From positions 2,695-66,694 of the forward strand of contig JBDHWI010000001.1 of the NCBI GenBank assembly GCA_039810125.1: 64,000 nt of DNA, written 5' to 3'. The stretch comes from Thermoflexales bacterium (GTDB lineage: Bacteria > Chloroflexota > Anaerolineae > J036 > Brachytrichaceae). Position 1 is the stretch's first letter, and every line of letters starts with the position of its first letter. Position numbers and translations under genes: made by a program. The notes under the pieces are model-generated. The model ran no database searches and had not been told where the DNA came from. It saw only the letters and a program-made list of their open reading frames with translations. Positions 9,387 to 19,363 of the stretch are shown piece by piece.

Positions 9387-10592
9387 TCAATCTTGCCTGT
9401 CCAAATTTACGCGGAACAGGAAGGCGTTGACGATGATAGTGAGGCCCATCACCGCAAACAACGCCGGCAATGACCACTCCGCCAATGCGCCAATCGGCAC
9501 GCCGGCGACTGCCAGATACAGCGTTGTGAGCAGCGACATGAGCGACAGCGCCGTGGCGCGGTAGCGCGCGTCGATGCGCTGGTTGGCATAGGCGCTGAGC
9601 AGCGGCTGCGCAGCGTTCATCGTGGCATATTGCGCGATGAACAGCGCGAGTGCCGATGCTGCGCCATGCTCGAACCCCATCAGCAGATACAGCGCGCCAG
9701 GCAGCGCAGTCAGGATGAAGAAGGCGTGGCGGCGCGGCAGCAGACGTTCGATGTGCTCGATATTGGCATTCACCCACGCCGCCAGCAGCGTGCCGAGCGC
9801 GAGCGCCGGCCCAAACCACGCCGCCGGCACGTGCGCGCGCGCCAAAAACGGTTGATAGAGCGCGATCCAGTACCAGCCGAATGAATTGGCAAAGATGCTG
9901 AGCAGGACGATGCGGCGGAAAGCGCGGTCATCGCGCAGCAGATTCGCGCTGGATTTCAACAGCATCAGCGATGAGGCGTGCATGTGCGCCTCGGCGTGGG
10001 ACTGTGGCTCGCGGGCAAACGACACGATCAGCGCTGCCAGCCACAACATGCCAGCGGTCAGCGCAATCGGGATCATGAAGCGCGTGAGTTGCACATCCGG
10101 AAAGAGCAGGCCGGCCAGTGCAAATGAGATTACGAAGCCGATCTGCGACGCTGCGCTGAGCCGGCCAAGTGCGCGCTTCACCTGCGCCGCGTGATCTGGC
10201 GTATCGCGTGGCAGGCTTTCGATCAGCAATGCCTGCTGGCTGCCAGAGATGAACGCGAAGCCAAACCCCAGCACGGCCTGCAGGGCGATGAAATGCCACA
10301 ACTGCGTGGAGATGAGCATCATCGCTTCTGAGACGCCCATCAGTGCCAGCCCGATGACGACCGAGCGCTTGCGGCCAAACTTGTCGCCGAGGATACCTGT
10401 TGGCACTTCGGCGATGAACTGCGAGGCGATGCCGGCAATCTGCAGCAGATTGACGTCGAACAGGTTCAATCCGCGTTCTTGCAGATAGAACACATAGACC
10501 GGCAGGTAGAAATGCAGGCCGGCGACGAATGTGCCGAGCGTGACGATGCGCGCAGTGTCGATGCGCGCAATGCGGGAGCGAAGTGGGAGCAT
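9387..10592 (-). CDS. MFS transporter
   Basis: ATG at 10592. 12 predicted TM helices. MFS motif A-like [12 protein letters not shown]. Confidence 0.75.
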   Translation of the reverse strand: MLPLRSRIARIDTARIVTLGTFVAGLHFYLPVYVFYLQERGLNLFDVNLLQIAGIASQFIAEVPTGILGDKFGRKRSVVIGLALMGVSEAMMLISTQLWHFIALQAVLGFGFAFISGSQQALLIESLPRDTPDHAAQVKRALGRLSAASQIGFVISFALAGLLFPDVQLTRFMIPIALTAGMLWLAALIVSFAREPQSHAEAHMHASSLMLLKSSANLLRDDRAFRRIVLLSIFANSFGWYWIALYQPFLARAHVPAAWFGPALALGTLLAAWVNANIEHIERLLPRRHAFFILTALPGALYLLMGFEHGAASALALFIAQYATMNAAQPLLSAYANQRIDARYRATALSLMSLLTTLYLAVAGVPIGALAEWSLPALFAVMGLTIIVNAFLFRVNLDRQD

Positions 10593-10750
10593 CTGGAGTC
10601 AACACGAGACGATGGACGGCCGGCGCGGCGCATGCCGCGCGTTCAAGTGCGCGAGTGACGATTCAGACTGTGAATCGCCAAAGGGGACTAGCGTGTGCCT
10701 GCCATGGTGTTGATTTGCTCTGCGGATCCGGTTTGTCGCCGACGGTCTGC

Positions 10751-11329
10751 ATGTTATCACGTGGGAAAATAGCCGGCGTGGCATCCGAACTATCGATCTT
10801 CCATCGCGGCTTCGACAAGCTCTATCCGGTTATTCGCTTCACGTATGAGCGCGTGCTGGGGCATGACTGGTTCAGCGAGATCGCGCCGGCGTTGTGGCTG
10901 GGCGGCGCGCCGTCATTGCAGCGCGATTACCAGTTTATCCGTGAGCAGGGCATCAACGCGGTGATCAACATTCGCGCCGAGCGCGCCGACGATGAGGCGT
11001 TTTATGCGCGGCACGGCATCCATCACATCCGCTTCAGGGTGCCAGATGTGGGCGTGCCGGATTGCGACATGATCGATGAAGCGGTGGCATGGATGAAAAA
11101 CGAGGCCGGCGCCGGCCGCAGCATCCTCGTGCACTGCGCCAAGGGGCGCGGCCGCTCTGCCACCCTGCTGGCGGCCTACCTGATGGATGCCCACAGCATG
11201 ACGTTTGAGCAGGCGCGCGACATGATGAAAGCCAGGCGCAGGTTGGTGAAGCTGGAAGCGCGCCACCAGCGCGCGCTGGCAGAGTGGCACGCAGCGGCGC
11301 AACGCAAAAAAGAAGGCAAAGCAACTTGA
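10751..11329 (+). CDS. dual-specificity (PTP-loop) protein phosphatase family protein
   Basis: Catalytic P-loop [12 protein letters not shown] (HCxxGxxRS). ATG at 10751. The upstream part of ORF 10583.. overlaps the divergent MFS gene. Confidence 0.75.
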   Translation: MLSRGKIAGVASELSIFHRGFDKLYPVIRFTYERVLGHDWFSEIAPALWLGGAPSLQRDYQFIREQGINAVINIRAERADDEAFYARHGIHHIRFRVPDVGVPDCDMIDEAVAWMKNEAGAGRSILVHCAKGRGRSATLLAAYLMDAHSMTFEQARDMMKARRRLVKLEARHQRALAEWHAAAQRKKEGKAT

Positions 11330-11405
11330 ACCTTCAGCGCTGTTTTGGCCGGCATCACGTTGAATTCGCGCAAGCTGGCTGCTCCACCCAGGATGCCTTG
11401 CTGAT

Positions 11406-12221
11406 TCAGCTCGCCAGATATTGCTTGTCTCTGTCGAGCTTCACTTCTTCCAGCGCTTCGAGTTGATCGCGCAGCACTTTGGCCTGCTCATCCACTTCCT
11501 GCGACAGATGGTCGTAGTCCGCGATCTGGTCTGTCGATTGGATGGCGAGTGCCTGCGAGTAGATCGTGCCGATGGCGGCGATGGTGCTCTCCAATTGCAC
11601 TTCGGATTGGCGGATGCGGCTGTGCAAGGTCTCAAGCGATTTCAATTGCGCAGCGCGCGCCTTGAGCGTGCGCTCAATCTGGCTTTGCACGGCGGGGTCA
11701 TGCTCATCTGCCAGTTGGCGCGTGAGCGCGCGAACAGATGCCGGCACGCTGCTCAGGTCATTCTGAATCACCTCGTTGCGCTTGAAATCGTTCACCTGCT
11801 TTGCCATTTCCTCGACCGATCTGACCCAATCGTCCACTTGCAAGGCGAGGTCATTCAGGCGCGATTTTCTCAGCGGAGTTTTGGCTGCCTGCGCCATGCT
11901 GCTGATCTGCTTTTGATACGTTCGCGCAGTGTTGACCTTTGCTTGCAGCGATGCGCTTACCGCCTCGCCGGCGAGCTTCGCTTTGCGTTGGTCCTGTTCG
12001 GCCTTGCGCCTGGCCCGTGCTGCTGGTGAGTTATCTTCCTTCAGCACGATGCCGGCAAACATGATGAAGATGGGGATGAGGAATGCCGCAGCAGGAAACA
12101 AAAACCATGGGACGAACGAGCCGCTAATAATCGCCGTCAGCACGTTGACGACAAACAAAAAGAACGTTATGCCGATGAACGGCGAGATCGTCATGATGAA
12201 CTTGCGCCACTTTGAATCCAT
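11406..12221 (-). CDS. 2-TM membrane protein with a long C-terminal coiled coil; paralog of 46756..47610 (possibly XpaC-like)
   Basis: Two N-terminal hydrophobic helices, then heptad-rich sequence. The C-terminal ~130 aa align with the PspA-adjacent gene (WVR, DL..VP.S, E.QLE.T..A.GT.YSQ, L.D.L....EV). Confidence 0.6.
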   Translation of the reverse strand: MDSKWRKFIMTISPFIGITFFLFVVNVLTAIISGSFVPWFLFPAAAFLIPIFIMFAGIVLKEDNSPAARARRKAEQDQRKAKLAGEAVSASLQAKVNTARTYQKQISSMAQAAKTPLRKSRLNDLALQVDDWVRSVEEMAKQVNDFKRNEVIQNDLSSVPASVRALTRQLADEHDPAVQSQIERTLKARAAQLKSLETLHSRIRQSEVQLESTIAAIGTIYSQALAIQSTDQIADYDHLSQEVDEQAKVLRDQLEALEEVKLDRDKQYLAS

Positions 12222-12263
12222 GTCACATCCAGCATTCTCATTGTATGGCCTGCGCGAAATTGC

Positions 12264-12644
12264 TCACGCATTCATCCGGCTTGCGAAGGCGAGGATATAG
12301 CCATCGGGGTCCAAACTATAGGCAGTTTGATCGCCCCAATCGCGCGGCGCAAGTGGGCTGAGCTCTCGTGCGCCGGCGGCCAGCGCGCGCCGATGAAATG
12401 CCTCGGGTGACGAGACGGATAGATACACCTCGCCGCGAATCATCCCGCGCGTCAGGTCGGCTTCATTCAGGTTGAGCAACCGGACAATACCGCGCTCAGG
12501 CATCAGACCGATGACCGCACCGTCGGCGATGCTGAATTCGGTCATCCCCGGCACGTGGAGCGTGGGCGGGCAACCCAGAACATGCTCGTAAAAATCGCAG
12601 CTCGCTTGCTGGTCGCGAACGAAGAGGATGAAGTGAACCTTCAT
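12264..12644 (-). CDS. VOC/glyoxalase-bleomycin resistance family protein
   Basis: 126 aa, ATG at 12644. Typical N-terminus: HFILFVRDQQASCDFYEHVLG. Confidence 0.7.
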   Translation of the reverse strand: MKVHFILFVRDQQASCDFYEHVLGCPPTLHVPGMTEFSIADGAVIGLMPERGIVRLLNLNEADLTRGMIRGEVYLSVSSPEAFHRRALAAGARELSPLAPRDWGDQTAYSLDPDGYILAFASRMNA

Positions 12645-12664
12645 GTGGGTGCAACCTTAGCAGA

Positions 12665-13936
12665 TTATTTTCGTGTCGCAGCGTATTGCCTCATGGCTTC
12701 CCACAGCGGCGTCGGCGTGAAGTCTGGCTCCAGCATGCGGAAGTAATACCACGACTGATTCTTCTCGGCGTCGCTGGGGCGCTTGAAGAACCACACGCTC
12801 ATCACGCCAACCCATGGCCATTCCTCGCGCGCGCGTTCGAACACCTCTGGCACGAATTTTGCCTGCTCCGCCGGCGTCACGATGCCAAAGCGGTTGACGT
12901 CGGCGATCTCCTCTGGCTTGTTCGGCACGGCGTTCCAGTTCACCTCGCTCAGCCAGATCGGCTTGTGCGCGTCGCCGTTGCGCACCATGATGTCGCGCAG
13001 CAGCATATGGCGTGTGATATTGGTTTGCAGTGGATCGGTGCGGCGCTCAAATGGCCCGCCGAACAGTCCATAGCCCTGGGCCGAGCCAATATCGAAGCAT
13101 TTGCCGGCGCCGGCGCTATACATGCGCTGGAAGAACACCAGGTCGTTCAGGCCGCCGCCCGGGTAGCCGCCACCGTCCTGACCGATCGTCGGCGCAAGCG
13201 CAGCCGCAATCACCACGTTGTTCGGATCAACTTTTTTCAAGCGGTCGTGCGCCAAGCACAGCAACTTTGTATAGTCTTCGGGATTGGCGCGCTGGTTGCC
13301 CCATTCGGGGAAGATGTTCGGCTCGTTCCAGATTTGCCAGTGCGTGATGCGGCCCTTGTAGCGCTGCGCGATCACCTCGACGAAGTCGGCAAAATCCTCG
13401 AAGTCCGCCGGCGGCCCAAAATCGCCGAGGTCGGCATAGCCGGCGTGCGCCCAGGCCGGCGGCGCGCCCAGCCGCGCGATGATGTTCAAGTCGTTCTGCT
13501 CGGCCAGGTCGACGATGTTGTCATATTTGTCCCACGCGCTGCGGGCTGGCTGGTTGCGGCGGTCTTCAAAATCACCCTTGCCGTGGATTTCGATGTCCGA
13601 CCACACGAAAGGCTGGCGAATCCACTGAAAGCCGGCATCCGCAATCATCTGCAGGCTGCGCGCGCGTTTGGCCGGCTCCACCTCACCCTCCAGGAACGTG
13701 TTCACGCCGAGCGGGTTGGCCGGCAGGTGGTCGATCTGCGCATCGGGTGCGAGTTGCAGCGGCGGGCGTAACTGCCCCAGCGCCAGATTCCACAGTGCGC
13801 GCAACTGCGGGAAGCGCTCGCTCTCGCCAGTAGCGGTATACAGCGACTGCGCGGTCCCCGGCAGCGCAAACCACAGCGCGAAGGCCGCGACAGCGATCAG
13901 GATGGCGAGGGCGAGGAGGGTGGGGAGCCGGCGCAT
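12665..13936 (-). CDS. membrane-anchored clan GH-A glycoside hydrolase (GH5/GH39-like)
   Basis: ATG at 13936 gives a signal anchor (MRRLPTLLALAILIAVAAF). The ORF track start at 13987 is TTG. Acid/base motif WQIWNEPN and (beta/alpha)8-like periodicity. Confidence 0.6.
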   Translation of the reverse strand: MRRLPTLLALAILIAVAAFALWFALPGTAQSLYTATGESERFPQLRALWNLALGQLRPPLQLAPDAQIDHLPANPLGVNTFLEGEVEPAKRARSLQMIADAGFQWIRQPFVWSDIEIHGKGDFEDRRNQPARSAWDKYDNIVDLAEQNDLNIIARLGAPPAWAHAGYADLGDFGPPADFEDFADFVEVIAQRYKGRITHWQIWNEPNIFPEWGNQRANPEDYTKLLCLAHDRLKKVDPNNVVIAAALAPTIGQDGGGYPGGGLNDLVFFQRMYSAGAGKCFDIGSAQGYGLFGGPFERRTDPLQTNITRHMLLRDIMVRNGDAHKPIWLSEVNWNAVPNKPEEIADVNRFGIVTPAEQAKFVPEVFERAREEWPWVGVMSVWFFKRPSDAEKNQSWYYFRMLEPDFTPTPLWEAMRQYAATRK

Positions 13937-14040
13937 GGTGAAATGATAAATGATGCGTTGCGGCGTGAACTGGTTGATCAGCTTCAATCCACCAAGGTCG
14001 TCTCATTGCCCTTTGACTTGTGCAACAAGACCATCACCCA

Positions 14041-14577
14041 TCACTGCTTTTCCAGCGCGAGCGCAATCGCTGCAGCCCACGACAACCCTTTGAATGCGCC
14101 GGCCAGCAGCGCGGCCTTCACTTCCTCGCGCGTCAACAGCAGCATCTCTTGCTCTTCCAAATCATCGGCGTTGATCTCGGCCACCTTGTGCGCGCCGATG
14201 GCTAGCCACAGGTGCGCCACGCCGGCGCCACGGTTCCCATCCACCGCGAAACTGCCGAGGTGGGTGAACTGCCTGGCGCGGTAGCCTGTCTCTTCCATCA
14301 GCTCGCGTTCGGCTGCCAGGCGGTGATCTTCGCTGGGTTCGCAATAGCCGCCGACAGTCGCCAGCGTCGTGCCTTCGATCGCATATTTCACCTGGCGAAA
14401 ACAGAGGAAGCGGCCGTCATCGGTGATGGCGACGACATTGACGAATGCCGGCGTTTTCACCCACGCCCAATCGGGGATGATGCGACCGTCGGGCAACGCC
14501 ACTTCATGCAGTTCAAGCTCGATCCATGGCGGCTGGTTGAACACGGTGCGGCGCGATGCTGTCTTCCATGCTTGCAT
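14041..14577 (-). CDS. NUDIX hydrolase
   Basis: Nudix box GGYCEPSEDHRLAAERELMEETGY. Confidence 0.85.
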   Translation of the reverse strand: MQAWKTASRRTVFNQPPWIELELHEVALPDGRIIPDWAWVKTPAFVNVVAITDDGRFLCFRQVKYAIEGTTLATVGGYCEPSEDHRLAAERELMEETGYRARQFTHLGSFAVDGNRGAGVAHLWLAIGAHKVAEINADDLEEQEMLLLTREEVKAALLAGAFKGLSWAAAIALALEKQ

Positions 14578-14683
14578 TGCGGTGGGATTATCCGCGATAA
14601 AAAACGGCCGACCTCAAAGGCTTTGCCAAGTTTGTAAACCTCCATCGAGGTGACTCCGCGTCTTCGTGCGCTTCCATTCTTCT

Positions 14684-16759
14684 TCAGCGCTTCTTCCAGC
14701 GCTCCAGCAATGAGTAGACTTGATAGGCGTTGTCGATACGCTGCTCCGGCGCATGCTCGGCGCAAGGATGCAGCAAAAAGGCATCGCACTGCTCGCCGCC
14801 CAGGCCGCCGTGCGAGCCGACTAACTCTTCAAATGCAGCCACGCTGCCATCAGCAAAGAGCGTGCTGTTGAGAATGAGATCGCCGGCGACCTGAAAGCGC
14901 GCCAGCCTCAGCACCTGCTCCGCGCGCTGTTGTGCGTTGCCAAATGGCGCAAGTGGATCTTCGCCACTGATTGTGCCGTCGCTCAGGTTGTGCGCGCCGC
15001 GCTTGCCCATCACCAGCACATCGCCATCCTCGTCATAGCCCACCACGAAGCCAATGCCGGCGTGATTGACAAGCGACTGGATCAACTGCGGATGCGCCTG
15101 TTCGATGTCATGCAGAGACACTTTGTTGCTGCCAAGCGCGTTGAAATAGACGTGCGCCAGGCAACCCGACACACATACAACCACCTCGGCATCATGCGAT
15201 CGTTCCGCCGGCGCTTTGCGATTTATCTCGCCCAGGGTGCGGGCGGTGGCGCGCATCGACGCGCGGCGGATGCGCGTGTTGGGGCGCTTTGCCAACTCGG
15301 CGCTGGCCGCCTGCAATTCCGCCGTGAGCGCGCGCACAAAAGAGTGGCCGGCTTCCACCGTTTGCATCTCCTCGACCGATGTGTTGGGGCGGGTGAGCGC
15401 GATGATGTATTGCGTGAGCGACTGGCCATAGCGCTGGCGAAAGGTCGCGCCGGAGCTCTGTCCATGATCGGACAGCAAAAACAGATCGTACGGAATCGGA
15501 GCGAGTTGTTCGATGGTCCGCAGCACGTGCCGCACCTGCTTGTCGTAGCCACGCAGTGTGCCGAGGGCGTCAGCCGTGTCGGGGCCGGCGTGGTGCGCCA
15601 CTTCGTCATAGCCCACGAATGTGGTGTAGATGATCGGCATGCCGCGAATGATCTCCTGCATCACGGCGAAGGTCGCCAGATCGCGCAGGAAGACATTGGT
15701 CAGGATGCGCAGCAGCGGATAGCCGGCGCGCAGCCGGTTGATGCGCGGTCGTTTGCCCGTCAGCATTTGCCGGCTGGCCTGGAACAACTCTCGGAAGAGA
15801 TCGATGATGCTCAGCGCAATGGCACGGGCGAAGGTGTAGGGGTTCAACCAGAAGGTGCTGAGGTCGTCGGTGGCGCGCTCGGTTGGGTGTTTGTTGTTGC
15901 CGGCGATGGTGCTGAGCGTGAGCAGCGAGCGCGCTGCATCGCCGTTGATCAGGTTGTTGATCGACGCGCCGCCGCGCAATAGGCCTTGCCCATTGCTGAA
16001 GAAATCGTTGATGGCGCGTGCGTCATCCAGATGATTCGAGACGAACATGCGGCCGGCGCGCTTGTCGTACCAGCGAAATGCCGGCACGTCACGGTTGTCG
16101 CCGAACAGAATGCCGGCCTGCGCCGACGATGTTTGCGAGGGCAGACCGCAGTCGAAATGCAACAGGCAATGGGTGCCGTTGTCCACCAGTTTGGCCACCG
16201 CCGGCATCAACCCATCTGCCAGCGCCTGTTTCAAGCGCCGATGTGACAATCCATCGATTTCCAGCAACACCATGCCGCGCCGTGAGGCATTTTTGCGCAG
16301 ACGCGCAACCTGGGCGTCACGCCGGCGCAGCGCGCCCAGCGCAAACTGCATGTAGCCATAGTCGTCATCCATTGCTACAAAAGCAGTCAGCAGCGTGTTC
16401 GCAATCGACAGCAGCACCGCGCCGATGAGGCCATCCTGGATGAGCGAGCGAATCTGAAAATCCGGCACCAGTTGGGCCGCCAGCGCCAACAACCCAAAAT
16501 TCACTGCCAGCAGTGTGAGACCGGCGGTCGCCACGTTCAGCGGAATGCGCAACGCGATCAAAGCCGGCCCGATCGCCAGATTTACCACGCCGATCAGCAG
16601 CGCGGCCAGCATCTCACGCACGACGGAGCCGGCGGAGATGCGATTGATCGAGAAGCCTGGCAGCGCAGAGATCAACAGCCAGAGCAGCGCGACCTGGACG
16701 AGCCAGACCAGCAACAACTGGAGCGCAAATCGAACCGCTGGGTGGAATGGACGCTTCAT
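14684..16759 (-). CDS. fusion of a phage-holin-family-4-like 4-TM domain and an alkaline-phosphatase-superfamily (type I phosphodiesterase/NPP-like) domain
   Basis: The N-terminal ~130 aa form four TM helices resembling the holin-4 family. They are followed by LLEIDGLS, GLPSQTSSAQAG (nucleophile Thr/Ser region), LLSDHGQS and GSHGG metal-site motifs. Confidence 0.7.
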   Translation of the reverse strand: MKRPFHPAVRFALQLLLVWLVQVALLWLLISALPGFSINRISAGSVVREMLAALLIGVVNLAIGPALIALRIPLNVATAGLTLLAVNFGLLALAAQLVPDFQIRSLIQDGLIGAVLLSIANTLLTAFVAMDDDYGYMQFALGALRRRDAQVARLRKNASRRGMVLLEIDGLSHRRLKQALADGLMPAVAKLVDNGTHCLLHFDCGLPSQTSSAQAGILFGDNRDVPAFRWYDKRAGRMFVSNHLDDARAINDFFSNGQGLLRGGASINNLINGDAARSLLTLSTIAGNNKHPTERATDDLSTFWLNPYTFARAIALSIIDLFRELFQASRQMLTGKRPRINRLRAGYPLLRILTNVFLRDLATFAVMQEIIRGMPIIYTTFVGYDEVAHHAGPDTADALGTLRGYDKQVRHVLRTIEQLAPIPYDLFLLSDHGQSSGATFRQRYGQSLTQYIIALTRPNTSVEEMQTVEAGHSFVRALTAELQAASAELAKRPNTRIRRASMRATARTLGEINRKAPAERSHDAEVVVCVSGCLAHVYFNALGSNKVSLHDIEQAHPQLIQSLVNHAGIGFVVGYDEDGDVLVMGKRGAHNLSDGTISGEDPLAPFGNAQQRAEQVLRLARFQVAGDLILNSTLFADGSVAAFEELVGSHGGLGGEQCDAFLLHPCAEHAPEQRIDNAYQVYSLLERWKKR

Positions 16760-16903
16760 GCAGAGAATTGCTGGGAGAATAGCACGCGCGGGTGCGGTGA
16801 CTCTGTGCAGCGCATGTCCATCGCAGATAAAATTTCACGCAAGGTTGTGAGCGAGCAAGGGTGCAGATTTACCCTTGCCTCAACTAATCACAGGAGCAGC
16901 ATC

Positions 16904-18112
16904 ATGTCGAATTTCACCGTGCTTTGCATCAGCAGCGCCGTCAAAGGCCAGCGCCTCATGCAGGAGTTGAAGCAACAGGGTTGCCGCGTTTTTCTCTTGA
17001 CTGAGGAGCGCTGGCGTGGCGATGAGTGGCCATATGAATCGCTCGATGGTGTGCATTACATGCATAGCATGTCGAATCGCCCGCATGTGATCAACGCGGT
17101 CAGTTACATGGCGCGCGGCTTGAAGTTCGATCTCATCATCCCGCTCGATGAATATGAGGTGGAAACCGCCGGCATTCTGCGCGAGCATCTTCAGATGCCC
17201 GGCATGCTGGCTTCCGAAGCGCGGCCATTCAATGACAAGTTGGCGATGCGGGTAAAGGCGCACACCGCCGGCATCCCCGAGCCAGATTTCACGCCGGTGC
17301 ACAACTATGACGCGTTGCGCGAATGGATGGCGCGCGTGCCGGCGCCGTGGCTGCTCAAGCCGCGTCATGAGGCCGGCTCAATGGGCATTAAACGCTGCGA
17401 GAGCGCGGATGAGGTGTGGCGCTGGCTCAATGAGCTTGGCGACCAGCAGTCGTTTCGCCTGCTTGAAAAATTCGAGTTGAGCGACGTCTTTCACGTCGAC
17501 ACGATTGTGTGGCAGGGCAAGATTCAATTTGCGGTGGTCAGCGCATACGGCAAGCCGCCACTGACGGTGTCGCACGGGGGCGGTGTGTTCACCACGCGCC
17601 TGCTCGATCGCAACTCACCCGAAGCGATTGCTGCGCGCGACATGAATGCCAGGGTGATTCATGCGCTGGGTGGCCAGCACTTCACCGGCGTCGTGCATGC
17701 CGAATACCTGCGCACGCTTGAATCGCAACAGTGGCTGTTTCTTGAGGCAGCTGCGCGGGTGGGCGGCGCGAACATCAGCGACATGATCGAGTATGGCACT
17801 GGCGTGAACCCGTGGGTGGAGTGGGCGCGCATGGAATTGGCGCATCTGCGCGGTGAACACTATGCGATGCCGGCGCCGCGCGATGATTACGCCGGCATTC
17901 TGGTTTGCCTGGCGCGACAGGAACATCCTGACCTCTCGGCCTATGCCGATGCAGAAATCGCCTGGCGCATGCACAAGAAGCATCACGCCGGCTTGATCGT
18001 GGTGTCGCCGGACGCGCAGCGCGTGCAGGCATTGCTCGATAGCTACGTGTTGCGCTTCAGCGAGGACTTCCTCACCCGCGCCACGCCAATGGAGACCGGT
18101 CGGCAGGCGTAA
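16904..18112 (+). CDS. ATP-grasp domain protein (amino-acid/carboxylate-amine ligase-like)
   Basis: ATG at 16904 after AGGAG (16892-16896). ATP-grasp pattern: PWLLKPRHEAGSMGI, FHVDTIV, HAEYL..E...FLEAAARVGG. The 5' part of ORF 16472.. overlaps the divergent gene. Confidence 0.7.
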   Translation: MSNFTVLCISSAVKGQRLMQELKQQGCRVFLLTEERWRGDEWPYESLDGVHYMHSMSNRPHVINAVSYMARGLKFDLIIPLDEYEVETAGILREHLQMPGMLASEARPFNDKLAMRVKAHTAGIPEPDFTPVHNYDALREWMARVPAPWLLKPRHEAGSMGIKRCESADEVWRWLNELGDQQSFRLLEKFELSDVFHVDTIVWQGKIQFAVVSAYGKPPLTVSHGGGVFTTRLLDRNSPEAIAARDMNARVIHALGGQHFTGVVHAEYLRTLESQQWLFLEAAARVGGANISDMIEYGTGVNPWVEWARMELAHLRGEHYAMPAPRDDYAGILVCLARQEHPDLSAYADAEIAWRMHKKHHAGLIVVSPDAQRVQALLDSYVLRFSEDFLTRATPMETGRQA

Positions 18113-18180
18113 GCGTGTTTCTGTTCCATCTCGGCCTCTTCCCGATGGAGAGGCCGAGATGGAGCTTGTGGCGAAAACGC

Positions 18181-19299
18181 TCAATCGCCCATGCACAGAC
18201 CGACTTCGCGCGCCGACTGAATCCAGGGGTGGTCGAGCGGCACAGTCTTGCGCTTGCCGACAATGTCCTTGAGCGGCACGGCTTCGGTGCCTTCGCCGCG
18301 CGCGGCCACCAGCACGCCGAACACGCCGTTCGCGATGTACTCCACCGCGGATGTGCCAAGCCGCGTGGCCAGCACGCGATCCGCCGGCGAGGGTGTGCCG
18401 CCGCGCTGCACATGCCCCAGAATCGTCAGCCGCGTTTCCAGGCCGGTGAGTTCTTCGAGTTGCCGCGAGAGTTGCAGCGTATGGCTGGTGCGGCCAGCCT
18501 CAAATGCGGCCAGCGCCTGCTCGGCGCGGTTGCGCGCCTTCTCGGATTTTGCGCTTTCGATCTTCGCTTCAAGTTGCTTTTGGGTCTTCGCCATTTCCTT
18601 TGAAGCTGCGCCCTCGGATACGGCGATGATGCTGAAGTAGCGACCACGCCGGCTGCGCTCGCGCACGGCTTCGGCCACGATGTTCAAGTCGTATGGAATC
18701 TCGGGGATGAGGATGACATCCGCGCCGCCGGCGAGCCCCGAACCCAGCGCAATCCAACCGGTGTTGTGGCCCATCGTCTCCACCACGATGATGCGGTGGT
18801 GGCTGTGTGCCGTGCTGTGCAAGCGGTCAATGGCTTCCGTCGCGATGTTCAGCGCCGTGTCGTAGCCGAAGGAGATGTCGGTGCCGCTGATGTCGTTGTC
18901 GATGGTTTTCGGCAGCGTCAGCACATTCAACCCCTTTTTGTGCAGACGAAACGCATTCTTGGCCGTGCCGCCGCCGCCAAGGCATACCAGCGCGTCGAGG
19001 TGGTTCTTGTGATACACCTCGACAATGGCATCAGTCATGTCCATCATCTTGCCGCCGATGGGCATTTTGTGCGGCTTGTCGCGGCTGGTGCCGAGGATGG
19101 TGCCACCCTGGGTGAGGATGCCGGCCATCGATGCGTTATCCAGCACCGTAAAGTTGTTTTCCATCAACCCGCGAAAACCTTTGTAGAAGCCGATCACCGT
19201 CCAGCCGCGCTTGATGGCGGCCTTGCCCACGCCGCGAATCGCTGCATTCAAGCCCGGGCTGTCACCGCCGCTCGTCAGGATGCCAATTGAAAGTGTCAT
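18181..19299 (-). CDS. pfkA: 6-phosphofructokinase (PfkA family, atypical active-site motifs)
   Basis: ATG at 19299 after AGGAGA. Motifs [24 protein letters not shown] and LGHVQRGG. Confidence 0.85.
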   Translation of the reverse strand: MTLSIGILTSGGDSPGLNAAIRGVGKAAIKRGWTVIGFYKGFRGLMENNFTVLDNASMAGILTQGGTILGTSRDKPHKMPIGGKMMDMTDAIVEVYHKNHLDALVCLGGGGTAKNAFRLHKKGLNVLTLPKTIDNDISGTDISFGYDTALNIATEAIDRLHSTAHSHHRIIVVETMGHNTGWIALGSGLAGGADVILIPEIPYDLNIVAEAVRERSRRGRYFSIIAVSEGAASKEMAKTQKQLEAKIESAKSEKARNRAEQALAAFEAGRTSHTLQLSRQLEELTGLETRLTILGHVQRGGTPSPADRVLATRLGTSAVEYIANGVFGVLVAARGEGTEAVPLKDIVGKRKTVPLDHPWIQSAREVGLCMGD

Positions 19300-19363
19300 C
19301 GTTTTTCTCCTTGGCGACGTATCGTACTGCAAGCTGAAAGATTCGCCATTCGCCGCTCTTTTT

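Noticed and set aside
12686-13771. 361-aa plus-strand ORF opposite the glycoside hydrolase
   Set aside because: It is an antisense artefact. The minus-strand frame carries the WNEPN catalytic motif and a signal anchor, while this frame is Arg/Ala/Val low-complexity.
16472-16903. N-terminal 144-aa extension of the ATP-grasp ORF
   Set aside because: The extension overlaps the 5' end of the divergent holin/AP-superfamily gene and is Arg/Gln-rich. ATG at 16904 has a good AGGAG RBS and begins the conserved domain.
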